A stretch of 64,000 bases of DNA, from positions 1 to 64,000 of the IMG/VR virus record IMGVR_UViG_3300006750_000004; one strand, 5' to 3'. Position 1 is the first letter of the stretch; the number at the start of each line of letters is the position of its first letter. Origin of the DNA: a virus. A model generated the notes under the pieces. It saw only the letters and a list, made by a program, of their open reading frames with translations, had not been told where the DNA came from and did no database searches. Made by a program: the position numbers and the translations under genes. This document shows, one piece after another, positions 21,021-31,060 of this stretch.

Positions 21021-21655
21021 TTATTGAACATGTTTCTCCAAAACTTGAAATATCAAAAAACCTGGCTATTGTTGGTTCTTGTGCTAAATTGAAGTTGTCT
21101 AAGTACGGAGATGAAATAGACAGTTTTGACGATGTTCTCAGATTTAATAGGGCACCAACTGAAGGATACGAAGAGATCGCCGGTAGTAAGACTACGGTGC
21201 GTATTACTAATGGCCATGTCTTCATGAGTATGCCATTTACGCGATGGGAAGAGGACCAGAATTTCGTACGGAGGCTACGGGATACACGGCTCATCGTTGC
21301 TCGGGGTCCAGAATTAATACCTCGTCGCGATGAGGCTATTGATAAGAGTATCGAGTTGTTTCAAATTACTCAGTCATTCGATCAGATTCTCAAACCGGAA
21401 GCGCCACATGTTAAGATGCTGCGACCACGGCGGCTCAAGATAACAGTGCCCACTGTTGGTTTAATGGGAATCATGCTTATGGTGAATTCTGGTCTCCGCC
21501 CTGTCGTCTATGGGTGGAGCACGTCAGCCGATGAGCCGATGAGTCATTATTTCAATAATCGGTCTCCCACGACCAGTAATTATCATAAGTGGGAGACGGA
21601 AATGGCGTTAGTACAGCACCTAATCAAGACAGACAAGATAGAGGTCCGCAAATGA
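21017..21655 (+). CDS. GT29 sialyltransferase-like protein
   Basis: Sialylmotif L AIVGS...YGDEIDSFDDVLRFNRAPTEGYEEIAGSKTT; motif S PTVG; motif 3 HYF; VS HKWETE. Confidence 0.85.
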   Translation: MIIEHVSPKLEISKNLAIVGSCAKLKLSKYGDEIDSFDDVLRFNRAPTEGYEEIAGSKTTVRITNGHVFMSMPFTRWEEDQNFVRRLRDTRLIVARGPELIPRRDEAIDKSIELFQITQSFDQILKPEAPHVKMLRPRRLKITVPTVGLMGIMLMVNSGLRPVVYGWSTSADEPMSHYFNNRSPTTSNYHKWETEMALVQHLIKTDKIEVRK

Positions 21656-22317
21656 AGATTGTCATTCTTGGTGATAGTCACACTAGGGCGTTCGCCCATA
21701 GAAAGGATGTGTATCCATTCTTCTTGGGACCTGGTGGGTCTATTAATCTAAAGTGCGGGACGGAAATTATTAAGCAGAAATCACATGATGTTTTAGAGTC
21801 GCTCCAATTGACTGAAAACGATTGGGTTTTCTTCCATCTTGGCGAACCAGATTGTCGCGTACAACTTGGTAGGGGCTGGCATCCTCACAAACTACTGGAT
21901 GTAGCCGAGACGGTGGACAAGAGATTCCTCGAAGAGTGCATAGTCAATTATATGTCTATTATTACTGGAACGCACGCCCCCAATAAAGGTGTGATTGGGG
22001 CGGCTACGGCTTACCCACCAGCGTTTGGAGCTGTGAAGTATTTCAATAACTGCTTGCAGAAACGTTTCGCCAACTACTTTGATATTTTTAATCACGTGTT
22101 CGATGGCACACGTGTTAAGCCGGAATATTGTGATCCAGATCCCAAACGTGATCCACTTCACTTGAATTCCACGATTGCTGGATTTTTTATTAGGCAATTG
22201 GCTAAGGCTGGTATTACTGCGGTTAAGAATCATCCACCGACTAGAGATCCATTTAATGTAATGGATGTCAAAAAAGATTTTAATGTCAGCCGATTTGGGA
22301 GTTTAACAATCAAATGA
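21652..22317 (+). CDS. SGNH/GDSL-like hydrolase or acyltransferase
   Basis: ILGDSH, LGEPDCR, DPLHLN; ATGA overlap with the GT29 stop. Confidence 0.7.
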   Translation: MKIVILGDSHTRAFAHRKDVYPFFLGPGGSINLKCGTEIIKQKSHDVLESLQLTENDWVFFHLGEPDCRVQLGRGWHPHKLLDVAETVDKRFLEECIVNYMSIITGTHAPNKGVIGAATAYPPAFGAVKYFNNCLQKRFANYFDIFNHVFDGTRVKPEYCDPDPKRDPLHLNSTIAGFFIRQLAKAGITAVKNHPPTRDPFNVMDVKKDFNVSRFGSLTIK

Positions 22318-23126
22318 AAATTGCGCTTTGTCTATTCGGAAATGTGGGTCATCAACTATGCCAGGGTGAGCGGAAACAGAAAAAGGGGCATGACCCATTT
22401 GAGGAAGCGTTTAAACCAAAGGGGAAGGGTTGGACTAATCCCACTCTTGGTGCAAATGCTTTCAAGAAGCATGTTATGGGTGGACACGATGTAGATGTCT
22501 TCTTGCATTCTTGGTCTGTTGATTACAAACAAGAACTGCTAGACATCTATAAACCAGTTGATCATGAGATAGTCGTCCAGACACAGTTTGGGTCAGACCT
22601 GGCAAAATATGGTCTTGTCGGTACAGACATGAGCAAATGGGAAATGTCTGAATTTGCGAAAAAGTCGTATGACTTATTACTACCAAGCCGTGGTTCAGCT
22701 CAAGCCATTATCGATGAGCTGAGGGAGTTGAGTTTTCGGACAGAAAGCAGATGGTGGAGTAACAAACGGGTTTTGGAACTCGCTAAAGCCCATGAGGCCA
22801 AGCACGGGATCGAGTACGATTTCATTTTGGTCTCTCGGTTTGATAATGTCTTTACCACGCCGTTGCCGTTCTCTGATCTTGACCCAACCAAATTCTATGG
22901 CAGTAGACGGTTTGGCAGACCAGATGAGAATTATTCGTATTTCGACTACTGGTTTGTCTCAGGCTCGGAGAACATGGGCAAATTCGCTGGTCTGTATGAT
23001 AATCGTTTCAATTATTCTATCCGTCCCACATTCGCCTGCCGCGAACATGTGGTTCAGACTATGGGTGTGGACGCTGTTGCTTTCTTATTCAAAAACGCCA
23101 AAGATTATCTCCTTGGGACCAGATAA
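22314..23126 (+). CDS. Putative glycosyltransferase (large-virus type)
   Basis: MKIALCL.G, DVFLHSW, YDFILVSRFD, DYWFV. Confidence 0.6.
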   Translation: MKIALCLFGNVGHQLCQGERKQKKGHDPFEEAFKPKGKGWTNPTLGANAFKKHVMGGHDVDVFLHSWSVDYKQELLDIYKPVDHEIVVQTQFGSDLAKYGLVGTDMSKWEMSEFAKKSYDLLLPSRGSAQAIIDELRELSFRTESRWWSNKRVLELAKAHEAKHGIEYDFILVSRFDNVFTTPLPFSDLDPTKFYGSRRFGRPDENYSYFDYWFVSGSENMGKFAGLYDNRFNYSIRPTFACREHVVQTMGVDAVAFLFKNAKDYLLGTR

Positions 23127-23139
23127 CCGGAGTGCTTAA

Positions 23140-24072
23140 ATGTTAACTGTCAATTTCAATAACCTACGGACTATTCGAGTACAACAACCCAAAGTCTTCG
23201 TGGAGACTGGTCTCCAACATGGGGAAGGTGTAAAACAAGCGTTGAATGCTGGATTTGAAACAATTTACAGTATTGAACTTCGAAAAGTGAGTTGTGATGA
23301 GGGTGAGAAGAAATTTGCACAACAGAGGAAAGATGGTAAAGTACACATAATCCATGGCAGATCGGAAGAACAACTTGGGCCGGTAATCAGTAAGATTAAT
23401 GAACCAATTACGTTTTGGCTTGATGCACATTTGGCTCCAGGGCATCTTACGACAATTGGTACGGATGAATATGGTGTATGGTGTCCTTTATATTCAGAAT
23501 TGGAGCATATCGCCAGGCACCCAGTTAAGAACCACATTATTCTGATCGATGATATCGATCGTCTTGATGAAGAATATAATTGGACTGAAGAAGTAAAACT
23601 GGATATCATCAAGTCCAAGGTTCTCGAGATTAACCCACATTACACCATATCTCTTATTTGTGGTGGGTCTATTCTTTATGCCCGTCTAGAGGCTAAGACT
23701 ATAGCATTCGACATAGATGATGTTATCTGTTTTCGGGACGAAACATCATCAGCCGAATTCATAATCGGTCCTGAAAAATATGAAGGATGCTCTCCCAACC
23801 AAGATAAGATACGGTTGGTGAATGAATGCTACGATGCTGGGTATATAATTATTCTATACACTTCACGTGGTATGGGTCAATTCAATGGAGATTCTGAGAG
23901 GTGTGAACTAGAACTTACTGAGGTGACCACCAGACTCTTGAATGAATGGGGAGTGCGGTATCACCAAATTGTTTTCGGTAAGATTCATTTCGACTTGTTG
24001 GTCGATGATAAGACACGAGATTCTAACGATATACACACTCTTAACGATGTGAAAGTCGCCTTAGGTGATTAA
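23140..24072 (+). CDS. SAM methyltransferase-like domain fused to a HAD phosphatase
   Basis: FVETG..G.G, SIE, FWLDAH, ILIDD; then AFDIDDVIC, YTSRGM, GKIHFDLLVDDK. Confidence 0.78.
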   Translation: MLTVNFNNLRTIRVQQPKVFVETGLQHGEGVKQALNAGFETIYSIELRKVSCDEGEKKFAQQRKDGKVHIIHGRSEEQLGPVISKINEPITFWLDAHLAPGHLTTIGTDEYGVWCPLYSELEHIARHPVKNHIILIDDIDRLDEEYNWTEEVKLDIIKSKVLEINPHYTISLICGGSILYARLEAKTIAFDIDDVICFRDETSSAEFIIGPEKYEGCSPNQDKIRLVNECYDAGYIIILYTSRGMGQFNGDSERCELELTEVTTRLLNEWGVRYHQIVFGKIHFDLLVDDKTRDSNDIHTLNDVKVALGD

Positions 24073-24845
24073 TGAAGCTGATCCCAAACAAACTTCGGCA
24101 GACAGTCCTAACGATGGTGCATGGTAACGGATCCGGGCACATCGGCGGCAGTTTCTCCATAGCAGAGGCAGTAGCTTATCTCTACTCCAATTTCAACCTT
24201 ATAGAGGGCGATGGAGATAAACTCGTTTTGTCTAAAGGCCACTCAATCCCGATTGTCTATGCGGCCCTATATGAATTGGGCCTCATATCGGACGACGACT
24301 TGAAGAAATTTCGCCAGATCGATTCACCGTTACAGGGCCACCCACATAAGCTAGCATTACCATATATCCATGCTTCCACCGGATCCCTTGGTCAAGGGCT
24401 AAGTATTGCTATCGGGCATGCGATGGGGATGAGGATGAGGGGTCAGACCACCAAATCATTTTGTATTATAGGTGATGGCGAGTCGCAGGAAGGGCAGATC
24501 TGGGAAGCTTTGATGTTAGCACCGAGACATAAACTTGGAAACCTGGTTTGTTTTATTGATCGGAACGGTGGTCAAGGAGACGGGCCTGTAGATGATATCC
24601 TGAGTTTGGGAGATCTGCATGCTAAAGTGAAAGCGTTCGGTTGGAACACCCGGACTATTAATGGTCATGATGTTTGGGAGATTGACCAAGCGGTGAATTC
24701 TGTTAAAGCTGATACTCCGACTTGTATTATATGCAATACAATTAAAGGTCGTGGAGTATCGTTCATCGAGGGTGGCTGGCATGCGAGAGTCCCGAATGAT
24801 GATGAATACAAGATGGCAATGGAGGAATTAGATGAAGGCAACTAG
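24072..24845 (+). CDS. Transketolase, N-terminal (ThDP-binding) subunit
   Basis: SGHIGGS, LSKGH, LQGHP, TGSLGQG, GDGE.QEGQIWEA, TIKG.G, WH. Confidence 0.93.
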   Translation: MKLIPNKLRQTVLTMVHGNGSGHIGGSFSIAEAVAYLYSNFNLIEGDGDKLVLSKGHSIPIVYAALYELGLISDDDLKKFRQIDSPLQGHPHKLALPYIHASTGSLGQGLSIAIGHAMGMRMRGQTTKSFCIIGDGESQEGQIWEALMLAPRHKLGNLVCFIDRNGGQGDGPVDDILSLGDLHAKVKAFGWNTRTINGHDVWEIDQAVNSVKADTPTCIICNTIKGRGVSFIEGGWHARVPNDDEYKMAMEELDEGN

Positions 24846-25773
24846 AGATGGCTTTGGTGATCAACTCGCTGCAATGGCTAATATCAAAACCCTGGTGGTC
24901 CTCAATGCGGACTTGGCGGACGCTACGCGTCTGAAGAAATTCGCAGCTGCCGCTCCTAATCGATATATGGAGATTGGCATTGCTGAGGCTAATATGATCG
25001 GTATTGCTGCTGGTTTATCCGAATATGGGTATAAGGTGGTCATTCCATCATTTGCTGCCTTCATTACTGGGCGGTACGATATTATCCGGTGTTCTCTAGC
25101 ATACCAGAACAAGCCGGTCTTGGTGGTTGGAACACATGCTGGGATGGCGATTGGTAAAGATGGTGTGACTCAGATGGGGTTGGAAGACATTAACCTCATG
25201 CGTGGTCTGCCTAATATGAATATCATCCAACCAGCCACTTATTATGAGGCAATGCGGGCTACCGAGTATGCAATCAATTCAGACAAGCTCATCTATTTGA
25301 GACTGGGTCGGCAACCGGTGAAAGAGATGTTCGATGAAGATTGCGAATTTAAATTTGGTAAAGGTCAGGTGTGTCTAGAGGGATCACATATTACGGTTAT
25401 CTCTAGTGGGTGTACTTTAGAAATGGCTCATAATGCGGCCACCAAGATGGGTGCATCATTAATCAACATGCCCACACTCAAACCCATCGACAAGGATATT
25501 ATCAAGATTTACGCCAGGACATCTAAACTCATTGTAACCGTGGAAGATCACACAATCGTGGGTGGTCTTGGCTCAGCCGTTGCTGAAGTCCTTGCTGAGG
25601 CTTACAACTGTTCATCGCAATTGTTGCGGATAGGGATTCAGGACGAGTTTGTTGAGTCAGGACCACCGGCCGATCTTTATGACAAGTATGGTCTTACTGC
25701 CGATAGTATTGTGAACCAAATAAATAGGTTAAGCTTCAGCCCCGAAAGCTCTAACCACTCGTCGCTTAAGTAA
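24832..25773 (+). CDS. Transketolase, C-terminal subunit
   Basis: ADL, GIAEANM, DG.TQ...ED, YLRLGR, TVEDH..GGLGSAVAE. Confidence 0.93.
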   Translation: MKATRDGFGDQLAAMANIKTLVVLNADLADATRLKKFAAAAPNRYMEIGIAEANMIGIAAGLSEYGYKVVIPSFAAFITGRYDIIRCSLAYQNKPVLVVGTHAGMAIGKDGVTQMGLEDINLMRGLPNMNIIQPATYYEAMRATEYAINSDKLIYLRLGRQPVKEMFDEDCEFKFGKGQVCLEGSHITVISSGCTLEMAHNAATKMGASLINMPTLKPIDKDIIKIYARTSKLIVTVEDHTIVGGLGSAVAEVLAEAYNCSSQLLRIGIQDEFVESGPPADLYDKYGLTADSIVNQINRLSFSPESSNHSSLK

Positions 25774-26394
25774 ACCTGTCGCGATATGCGATAGTTTGCC
25801 GACGCAATCCTCGAAGTGGAAGTTGTTGTTATTCCCACCAGTCTGCCCTGGGAAATTTGAATTCCCAGCGATGACGATGCCGTGATCGGCTAACTCTATA
25901 GCTGGTGTATCGCTGAATTTAGCGATAGCAATTGTCTTCATGCCGATCTCTTTGGCAGTCTTGATCGCCTGGACAATGTTCTTGGATGTACCTGATCCTG
26001 TGATTCCGATCAACAAATCACCAGATCCGCCGCCAAATCGGAGCTGTTCTGAGAAGATATGCTCTGGACCGATATCGTTCATAATAGCTGTGATTGACGA
26101 CCCGGATTCACATAGGTTAATAGCGTGTAGTCGCTTGGGAACCACCATTGGGGTGCTCTTGTCCTCAGATACAAATGGATGCATATTGAGGTCGGTGATT
26201 AGATTCCCAACAAAGGCCGCATTCCCGCCATTTCCGCAGGCGTAAACTTTAGCACCGGCTTCATAAGCATCGATGATCATATGAACGAATTTAGTGATGG
26301 CATGATCATCAATCTCACTGAAGACCTTATTAGCTTCGCGTTTGTAAAGTTTTACCAGCTCTTCTGTTGATGGAGGTCCCATTAGCACCATCAT
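25729..26394 (-). CDS. SIS-domain sugar-phosphate isomerase (GmhA-like)
   Basis: CGNGGNAA, TAIMND, GDLLIGITGSGTSKNI, FED. Confidence 0.85.
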   Translation of the reverse strand: MMVLMGPPSTEELVKLYKREANKVFSEIDDHAITKFVHMIIDAYEAGAKVYACGNGGNAAFVGNLITDLNMHPFVSEDKSTPMVVPKRLHAINLCESGSSITAIMNDIGPEHIFSEQLRFGGGSGDLLIGITGSGTSKNIVQAIKTAKEIGMKTIAIAKFSDTPAIELADHGIVIAGNSNFPGQTGGNNNNFHFEDCVGKLSHIATGLLKRRVVRAFGAEA

Positions 26395-27932
26395 CGTCCC
26401 CTTAAACATTGTGTTAGTCGTAACTTGCCAAACAAGAACAGGAACTCCCTGTACTTGGTATCATCGTACAAACTGGCAATAGTTATATATTGGAGAGCAC
26501 CAAGCATCTCAACATGTTTCCAATCGTAATCCTGTGATCTACAAAATTCTTCCAACTTATTCATCAACAGCAATAGATTGTATCTACTGTCAATATTGAC
26601 AAAAGCATTCCAGCCACGGATTTCGAGAGAATATTTGCCGTCTACGATGTTGGTTCCGTTGACGATCAAGGCGTGGTGCAACTTCCCTAGGTCGTAGTAA
26701 AGATCGCCAACCGTTGTGCTTCTACCAAAGGAGTCACGCCAGTCTAGGAGAGTAACACACTCCCGGTCTATGACGATATTTTCTGGTTGATAATCACCAT
26801 GGAAATGGAAGGGGATGGCCTTGTCGCAGATGCCCCACCAATCCACGATGTCTAATAACTCGGCAATAGGGCGTACCCCGATGCCATTGATTGTTACAAT
26901 ATTATCGACTTCTGTGCCGACGAAGGATTGTGCTCTTATTCTGGTCTTTTTCTCGTACATCTCCTGGCATGATTTGTTGAACTCATCGCCAGATTCTATC
27001 GGTAGTTCAACAAAAAAATCGCCACAAAACTGAATGAACTTGTCGAGCACTTTCTCATCGTAGGTGTGGGAGAGTAGATTCCCTATCACATATTCATAAC
27101 CGTATTGGTGGTCGCTCAATCGGGTAATTCGTGGTACTTTGCCAGCTAAAATTGTTGCTCTCTCACATCGGTGGCCGACTATCTCACTATCTGAGAAGAA
27201 TTTGACGACTTTGCCGTTGTCGATGTAGAGGACCTCTTCCTTTTTAGCTATGGTTACTGGTTGTGGGAAGTGTTTGAGAGTATTGTCGTATCGCTCATCT
27301 GTCCCGGTGTCCTGCCACCGAAATCTCTTGGCGGTCAATGGGACAGATGAGAATCCATTGATCACTTGGTGCTCATTGTTGATCGTGCTCTTGTCGGATA
27401 AACCGCCCCAGAACGCTTCATAATCGTGGATTCCGGCTATCCCGATGAAGACATCGTTGCCAAGTCCTTGGGCTGGGTCGTAGTAAAATCTCTTGACGTA
27501 CTCGTTGGGGCCTATATCCACTAGGCAGTATCCGGTTAGTTCGTCCCTTGGTCGTTGATCTACTCCCACCCAGTTATTAGTGGGTGCTTCTAATTTGGCG
27601 TTGAAAAGTGTGTCGATAGATGTGAACACGAATGGGCAACTGAGGTGTTCACGGCATGATAATAAGCTCAATCCAGGACCTGATCCTGGGCCGTCGTAGT
27701 TGTCTACTGTCACGAATGTGAAATTGTGATTTGGGTAGATGTACTCCAAGTAGGATTGGAGCTGATCGTGTAAGTGGCCCAATGCGATGACCACCTCAAC
27801 TGATGGATCCACACAATCTAGGATATATGAGATTGCGGGACGGTTGGCTAGTGGGAGGAGAGCTTTGTGGAGGTTGTGGAAGCGATCATTTCTAGTGCCG
27901 CGTCCTGCTGCCATTAGGCAGAGTTTAAACAT
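26391..27932 (-). CDS. Sugar nucleotidyltransferase fused to a choline/aminoglycoside-kinase-like domain
   Basis: AAGRGTR...HKALLP, WQDTG; HGDYQPENI, LLDWR, YYDLGKL. Confidence 0.85.
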   Translation of the reverse strand: MFKLCLMAAGRGTRNDRFHNLHKALLPLANRPAISYILDCVDPSVEVVIALGHLHDQLQSYLEYIYPNHNFTFVTVDNYDGPGSGPGLSLLSCREHLSCPFVFTSIDTLFNAKLEAPTNNWVGVDQRPRDELTGYCLVDIGPNEYVKRFYYDPAQGLGNDVFIGIAGIHDYEAFWGGLSDKSTINNEHQVINGFSSVPLTAKRFRWQDTGTDERYDNTLKHFPQPVTIAKKEEVLYIDNGKVVKFFSDSEIVGHRCERATILAGKVPRITRLSDHQYGYEYVIGNLLSHTYDEKVLDKFIQFCGDFFVELPIESGDEFNKSCQEMYEKKTRIRAQSFVGTEVDNIVTINGIGVRPIAELLDIVDWWGICDKAIPFHFHGDYQPENIVIDRECVTLLDWRDSFGRSTTVGDLYYDLGKLHHALIVNGTNIVDGKYSLEIRGWNAFVNIDSRYNLLLLMNKLEEFCRSQDYDWKHVEMLGALQYITIASLYDDTKYREFLFLFGKLRLTQCLRGR

Positions 27933-28570
27933 GGGTAATCTTTCCCGGTGTATAACTTAAACTGCTCTGCCGCCTGGATTGAGGCTAATCTTTGTCCCAT
28001 GGGCGTAGTGATCAGACAATCAATATAATGGTTGGATGGAACCGGTCGAACTTGTCTCTTCTCTAATGGAGTGCAATTGAATATAACAGATTGAGAAAGA
28101 TCCTGTATGCGGCCCCAATTGGTCCGTGTAATGAGTTCAAATTCCATCTCTAGGGTTTTACAGGCATATTGGACGGCTTGCGAATAACCACCATTACCTA
28201 GGATGTAGATTGTGTTTGACTGATGTCCTTTAAGAAACCATTCGGCTGCGATCCAGTCGGTATTGTAGGCGATTAGGTGTCCATCATTATTGATGATGGT
28301 GTTTGCGGCCCCGATATCCCTTACCGGGCCGGAGCATGCATCAACATGACTGATGACTTTCTTCTTGAAGGGCATCGAGATCCCGGCACCAGAAATCCCA
28401 AGTACACGCATTGCATCTAGTGCTTCTCTGATATTGTCGACACCGAATGATCTATAAATAGCATCGATCCCGAGATTTTGGAATCCTCTATTATGGAATC
28501 GGCAACCCCAGTTACCAGGTTCCTTGGAAAAGGACCCATAGATCTTAGTCTTCTTGTTGATGTTCGTCAT
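27914..28570 (-). CDS. Shikimate dehydrogenase-like (SdhL-type) oxidoreductase
   Basis: FHN, SMPFK, GAANTI, YNTD, LGNGG, NCTP, QAAEQFKLYTG. Confidence 0.85.
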   Translation of the reverse strand: MTNINKKTKIYGSFSKEPGNWGCRFHNRGFQNLGIDAIYRSFGVDNIREALDAMRVLGISGAGISMPFKKKVISHVDACSGPVRDIGAANTIINNDGHLIAYNTDWIAAEWFLKGHQSNTIYILGNGGYSQAVQYACKTLEMEFELITRTNWGRIQDLSQSVIFNCTPLEKRQVRPVPSNHYIDCLITTPMGQRLASIQAAEQFKLYTGKDYPCLNSA

Positions 28571-29003
28571 CGATCCTTCCGCTCGGCCGGTTAGTATCAT
28601 CCTCGTACCGCACCACATCATCTAAATGCGGAGTGGATGCTTCGATAGCCGTGTATGAGGTTTTGGCTACAACGCGGTGCTTGCGTCCGGTCGGGACAGA
28701 CCATCCGTTCCCGACTTTGTAAACCCGTGATTGGAGTACACCGTCTGCATCTTCTAGTAGAACTTCGGCCTCTCCTTCGATCACGAAGTTGGTCTCGTAC
28801 TTGTCTTCGTGCGATTGTAAGCTGCTCTGGTTCCCAGCGTCCATCTGGATGAGCTTCAACACGTAAAATTCATTGATCTCCATCCAGATTTCATAACCCC
28901 AAGGTTTCTTTACCCGGTAGGAACTGACGGTTAACTCATCCGGCTTCTGGTCTGCAATAAGCTGTCCGTAATCGGCTATGGCTTTGGCGATGAGGGGATT
29001 CAC
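28545..29003 (-). CDS. Cupin (mannose-6-phosphate isomerase type II-like)
   Basis: KKPWGYE, SLQSH..K.ET, HR, EASTP.LDDVVR.ED. Confidence 0.85.
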   Translation of the reverse strand: MNPLIAKAIADYGQLIADQKPDELTVSSYRVKKPWGYEIWMEINEFYVLKLIQMDAGNQSSLQSHEDKYETNFVIEGEAEVLLEDADGVLQSRVYKVGNGWSVPTGRKHRVVAKTSYTAIEASTPHLDDVVRYEDDTNRPSGRIDDEHQQED

Positions 29004-29722
29004 TTAGTTATCTCCACGTAAAGGCTGAAAGGTTGGCGGTTCGGCTTCCAGGAGTCGAACATGCCGCTCTCGAGCATGGTTTTTGAGTTCGATCTTTGAT
29101 ATTGACTTTCGTGGATGTCGACAAACCCTGCCTTTGTTAAAAGGGTTGAGAATTTATCGAAATTCCACCAGTTAATGTGTTGTGTGGTCACTTTAGGATC
29201 GTCTTTAGGTACCAGTCCTTGTGCCCATTCGCAAAATGCTTTAATTCCAAATGTAGCTTTTAATTTGACTTCCTGTTCTGGGATGCCCATTGGAGGTCCA
29301 CGGTAAAATCCCTTTGGACCTTGGTAGTCATAGTTAGCTACCCAGTGGAGCAGAAGACTCGAAATAGTGTCTGGCACATCATATTTTGCCCATTCTGGGC
29401 GTGCACCCCTGATAGATCGAAACCATTTCTCATCATTTAGGCGATATTTCCGAATGAAAAATTCGAAATCTGGCACAACTATTCTAAATATACCACCTGG
29501 TTTCAGGACTCGGTAGGTTTCTTCAAACAGATGTAATGATGTTTTGTCGTCTACATGTTCAAAGAAATGGGACGAATATGCATTTTCGACTGAATTGTCG
29601 GCGAATGGTAGAATAGTCTCTGCATTGAGAAAGTCGCCACATATCTTATCGATCCCACGCCAACCGGTTAAATTCCAGCTATCTCCTGATCCTAGATTTA
29701 TTCCTTTAACCATATTAATCAC
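29000..29722 (-). CDS. SAM-dependent methyltransferase
   Basis: NLGSG, LPFADNS, SHFFEH, RVLKPGG.FRIVVPD. Confidence 0.85.
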   Translation of the reverse strand: MINMVKGINLGSGDSWNLTGWRGIDKICGDFLNAETILPFADNSVENAYSSHFFEHVDDKTSLHLFEETYRVLKPGGIFRIVVPDFEFFIRKYRLNDEKWFRSIRGARPEWAKYDVPDTISSLLLHWVANYDYQGPKGFYRGPPMGIPEQEVKLKATFGIKAFCEWAQGLVPKDDPKVTTQHINWWNFDKFSTLLTKAGFVDIHESQYQRSNSKTMLESGMFDSWKPNRQPFSLYVEITK

Positions 29723-30347
29723 GGAGCGACAGAATTACGAATCCCAGTTTGATATCTGGTTGATTGTGTTGCTCTTCCTCGTAGTACTTGATTGTATATT
29801 TCTTAGTGAATGGGTCTAGAAAGTCTCTATTTGACAAAATTAGACCATTAGTATAATTGCTCCTGTAATTTGGTGATTCGATTGTTGTTGCACCAAGTTT
29901 GGTTTGGATTACCATGGTTGGCACAGCAATCGAATTCCAAATAGTCGCTATTTTCTTCCAATATTCATGGGTTGGGAAATGATGAATAACACTATAACAC
30001 ACTAGCAGGTCTGATTGTGTATCTGGTATTTGAGCATCTGGGTCTGAGAATTCGATTGTCTGAACAACCTTTTCACCGACGTAATCTGACGCTTCTTGGA
30101 GACTTTCTGAGGCAATGTCTAATAAAATAAGGTCTGAAAACTCTGAGATCATCTTCGCTAGCAATCCACCACCACACCCCCAATCAAGTGTCGTATTTAT
30201 AGCATCTGTGTCGATTTGGTCTAAAGCATGTTGCTGGAATCGGCCGATCAGCACTTGTTTCTTTTTAGGTCCTATCTTCTTTCTGAAGTGTTTATGTCCA
30301 TCACAGACTTGGCCCCTCCAGAATCGTTGTAAATCATTTGGTTCCAT
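29715..30347 (-). CDS. Class I SAM-dependent methyltransferase
   Basis: LDWGCGGG, LDI, YSVIHHFP; likely start MEPND in the second copy of the 40-bp repeat. Confidence 0.8.
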   Translation of the reverse strand: MEPNDLQRFWRGQVCDGHKHFRKKIGPKKKQVLIGRFQQHALDQIDTDAINTTLDWGCGGGLLAKMISEFSDLILLDIASESLQEASDYVGEKVVQTIEFSDPDAQIPDTQSDLLVCYSVIHHFPTHEYWKKIATIWNSIAVPTMVIQTKLGATTIESPNYRSNYTNGLILSNRDFLDPFTKKYTIKYYEEEQHNQPDIKLGFVILSLRD

Positions 30348-30404
30348 ACAATGCCTCGACCAATCGTTGTAAATCATTTGGTTCCATACAATGCCTCGAC
30401 CAAT
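30322..30404. repeat. Perfect 40-bp tandem duplication across a gene junction
   Basis: AATCGTTGTAAATCATTTGGTTCCATACAATGCCTCGACC at 30322 and 30362. Confidence 0.95.
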
Positions 30405-31060
30405 TGGACATCTTCAATCGTGTCGATGTCCAGAGACCGTGTTTTAGGCATTGAATATGCCCTTACTCGGCCTTTATAGAAATTCGGGCTTTTCTTAAAT
30501 GAGTCGGTCCACCGCAGGTATACGGCACCGTTGGGGCGGTAAATACCACTATGGTCTTGGGATCGTGTATTTCCTGTTAACCATGGTAGGCTGTGGTCGG
30601 AACAGTGAAGTAAACCATCTGGGTCCAGACACAAGCCTAAAGTTGGTGGGAAATCATAATCAGTAATACTTATTACGCCATCTATATTCTTATCAAGCAT
30701 GGCGATAGCACATTCGATGTCTTCTGTGCTTCGTAGCGGGCAAGTGGGAAGGAACTGGCCTACATAATCATATTCAGCAGCCATCCCTCTGTCAATAATA
30801 GCGTGAGTAAGAGAATCTAGGACGGTTGACTTGTCTGTGACAGTGCTGGCTGGCAGCATAAAAATCTCTGGATTGCAAGAATGCTTCTCAGCTATTTTGG
30901 TAATTTTATCATCATCAGTAGCTATGACGATCTTGTCGAATATTGGTGCCAAGGTATCGAGTGTGTGATGAATAAGGGGTCTGCCAAGTAGTGTGATAAT
31001 ATTCTTGTTTCGCAGCCTTTTCGATCCACCACGTGCTGGGACAAATGCTACACCCTTCAT
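30374..31060 (-). CDS. Acylneuraminate/ulosonate cytidylyltransferase (NeuA-like)
   Basis: PARGGSKRL.NKN, TDD, PTCPLR, NGAVY, SLDIDT.ED. Confidence 0.9.
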   Translation of the reverse strand: MKGVAFVPARGGSKRLRNKNIITLLGRPLIHHTLDTLAPIFDKIVIATDDDKITKIAEKHSCNPEIFMLPASTVTDKSTVLDSLTHAIIDRGMAAEYDYVGQFLPTCPLRSTEDIECAIAMLDKNIDGVISITDYDFPPTLGLCLDPDGLLHCSDHSLPWLTGNTRSQDHSGIYRPNGAVYLRWTDSFKKSPNFYKGRVRAYSMPKTRSLDIDTIEDVQLVEALYGTK

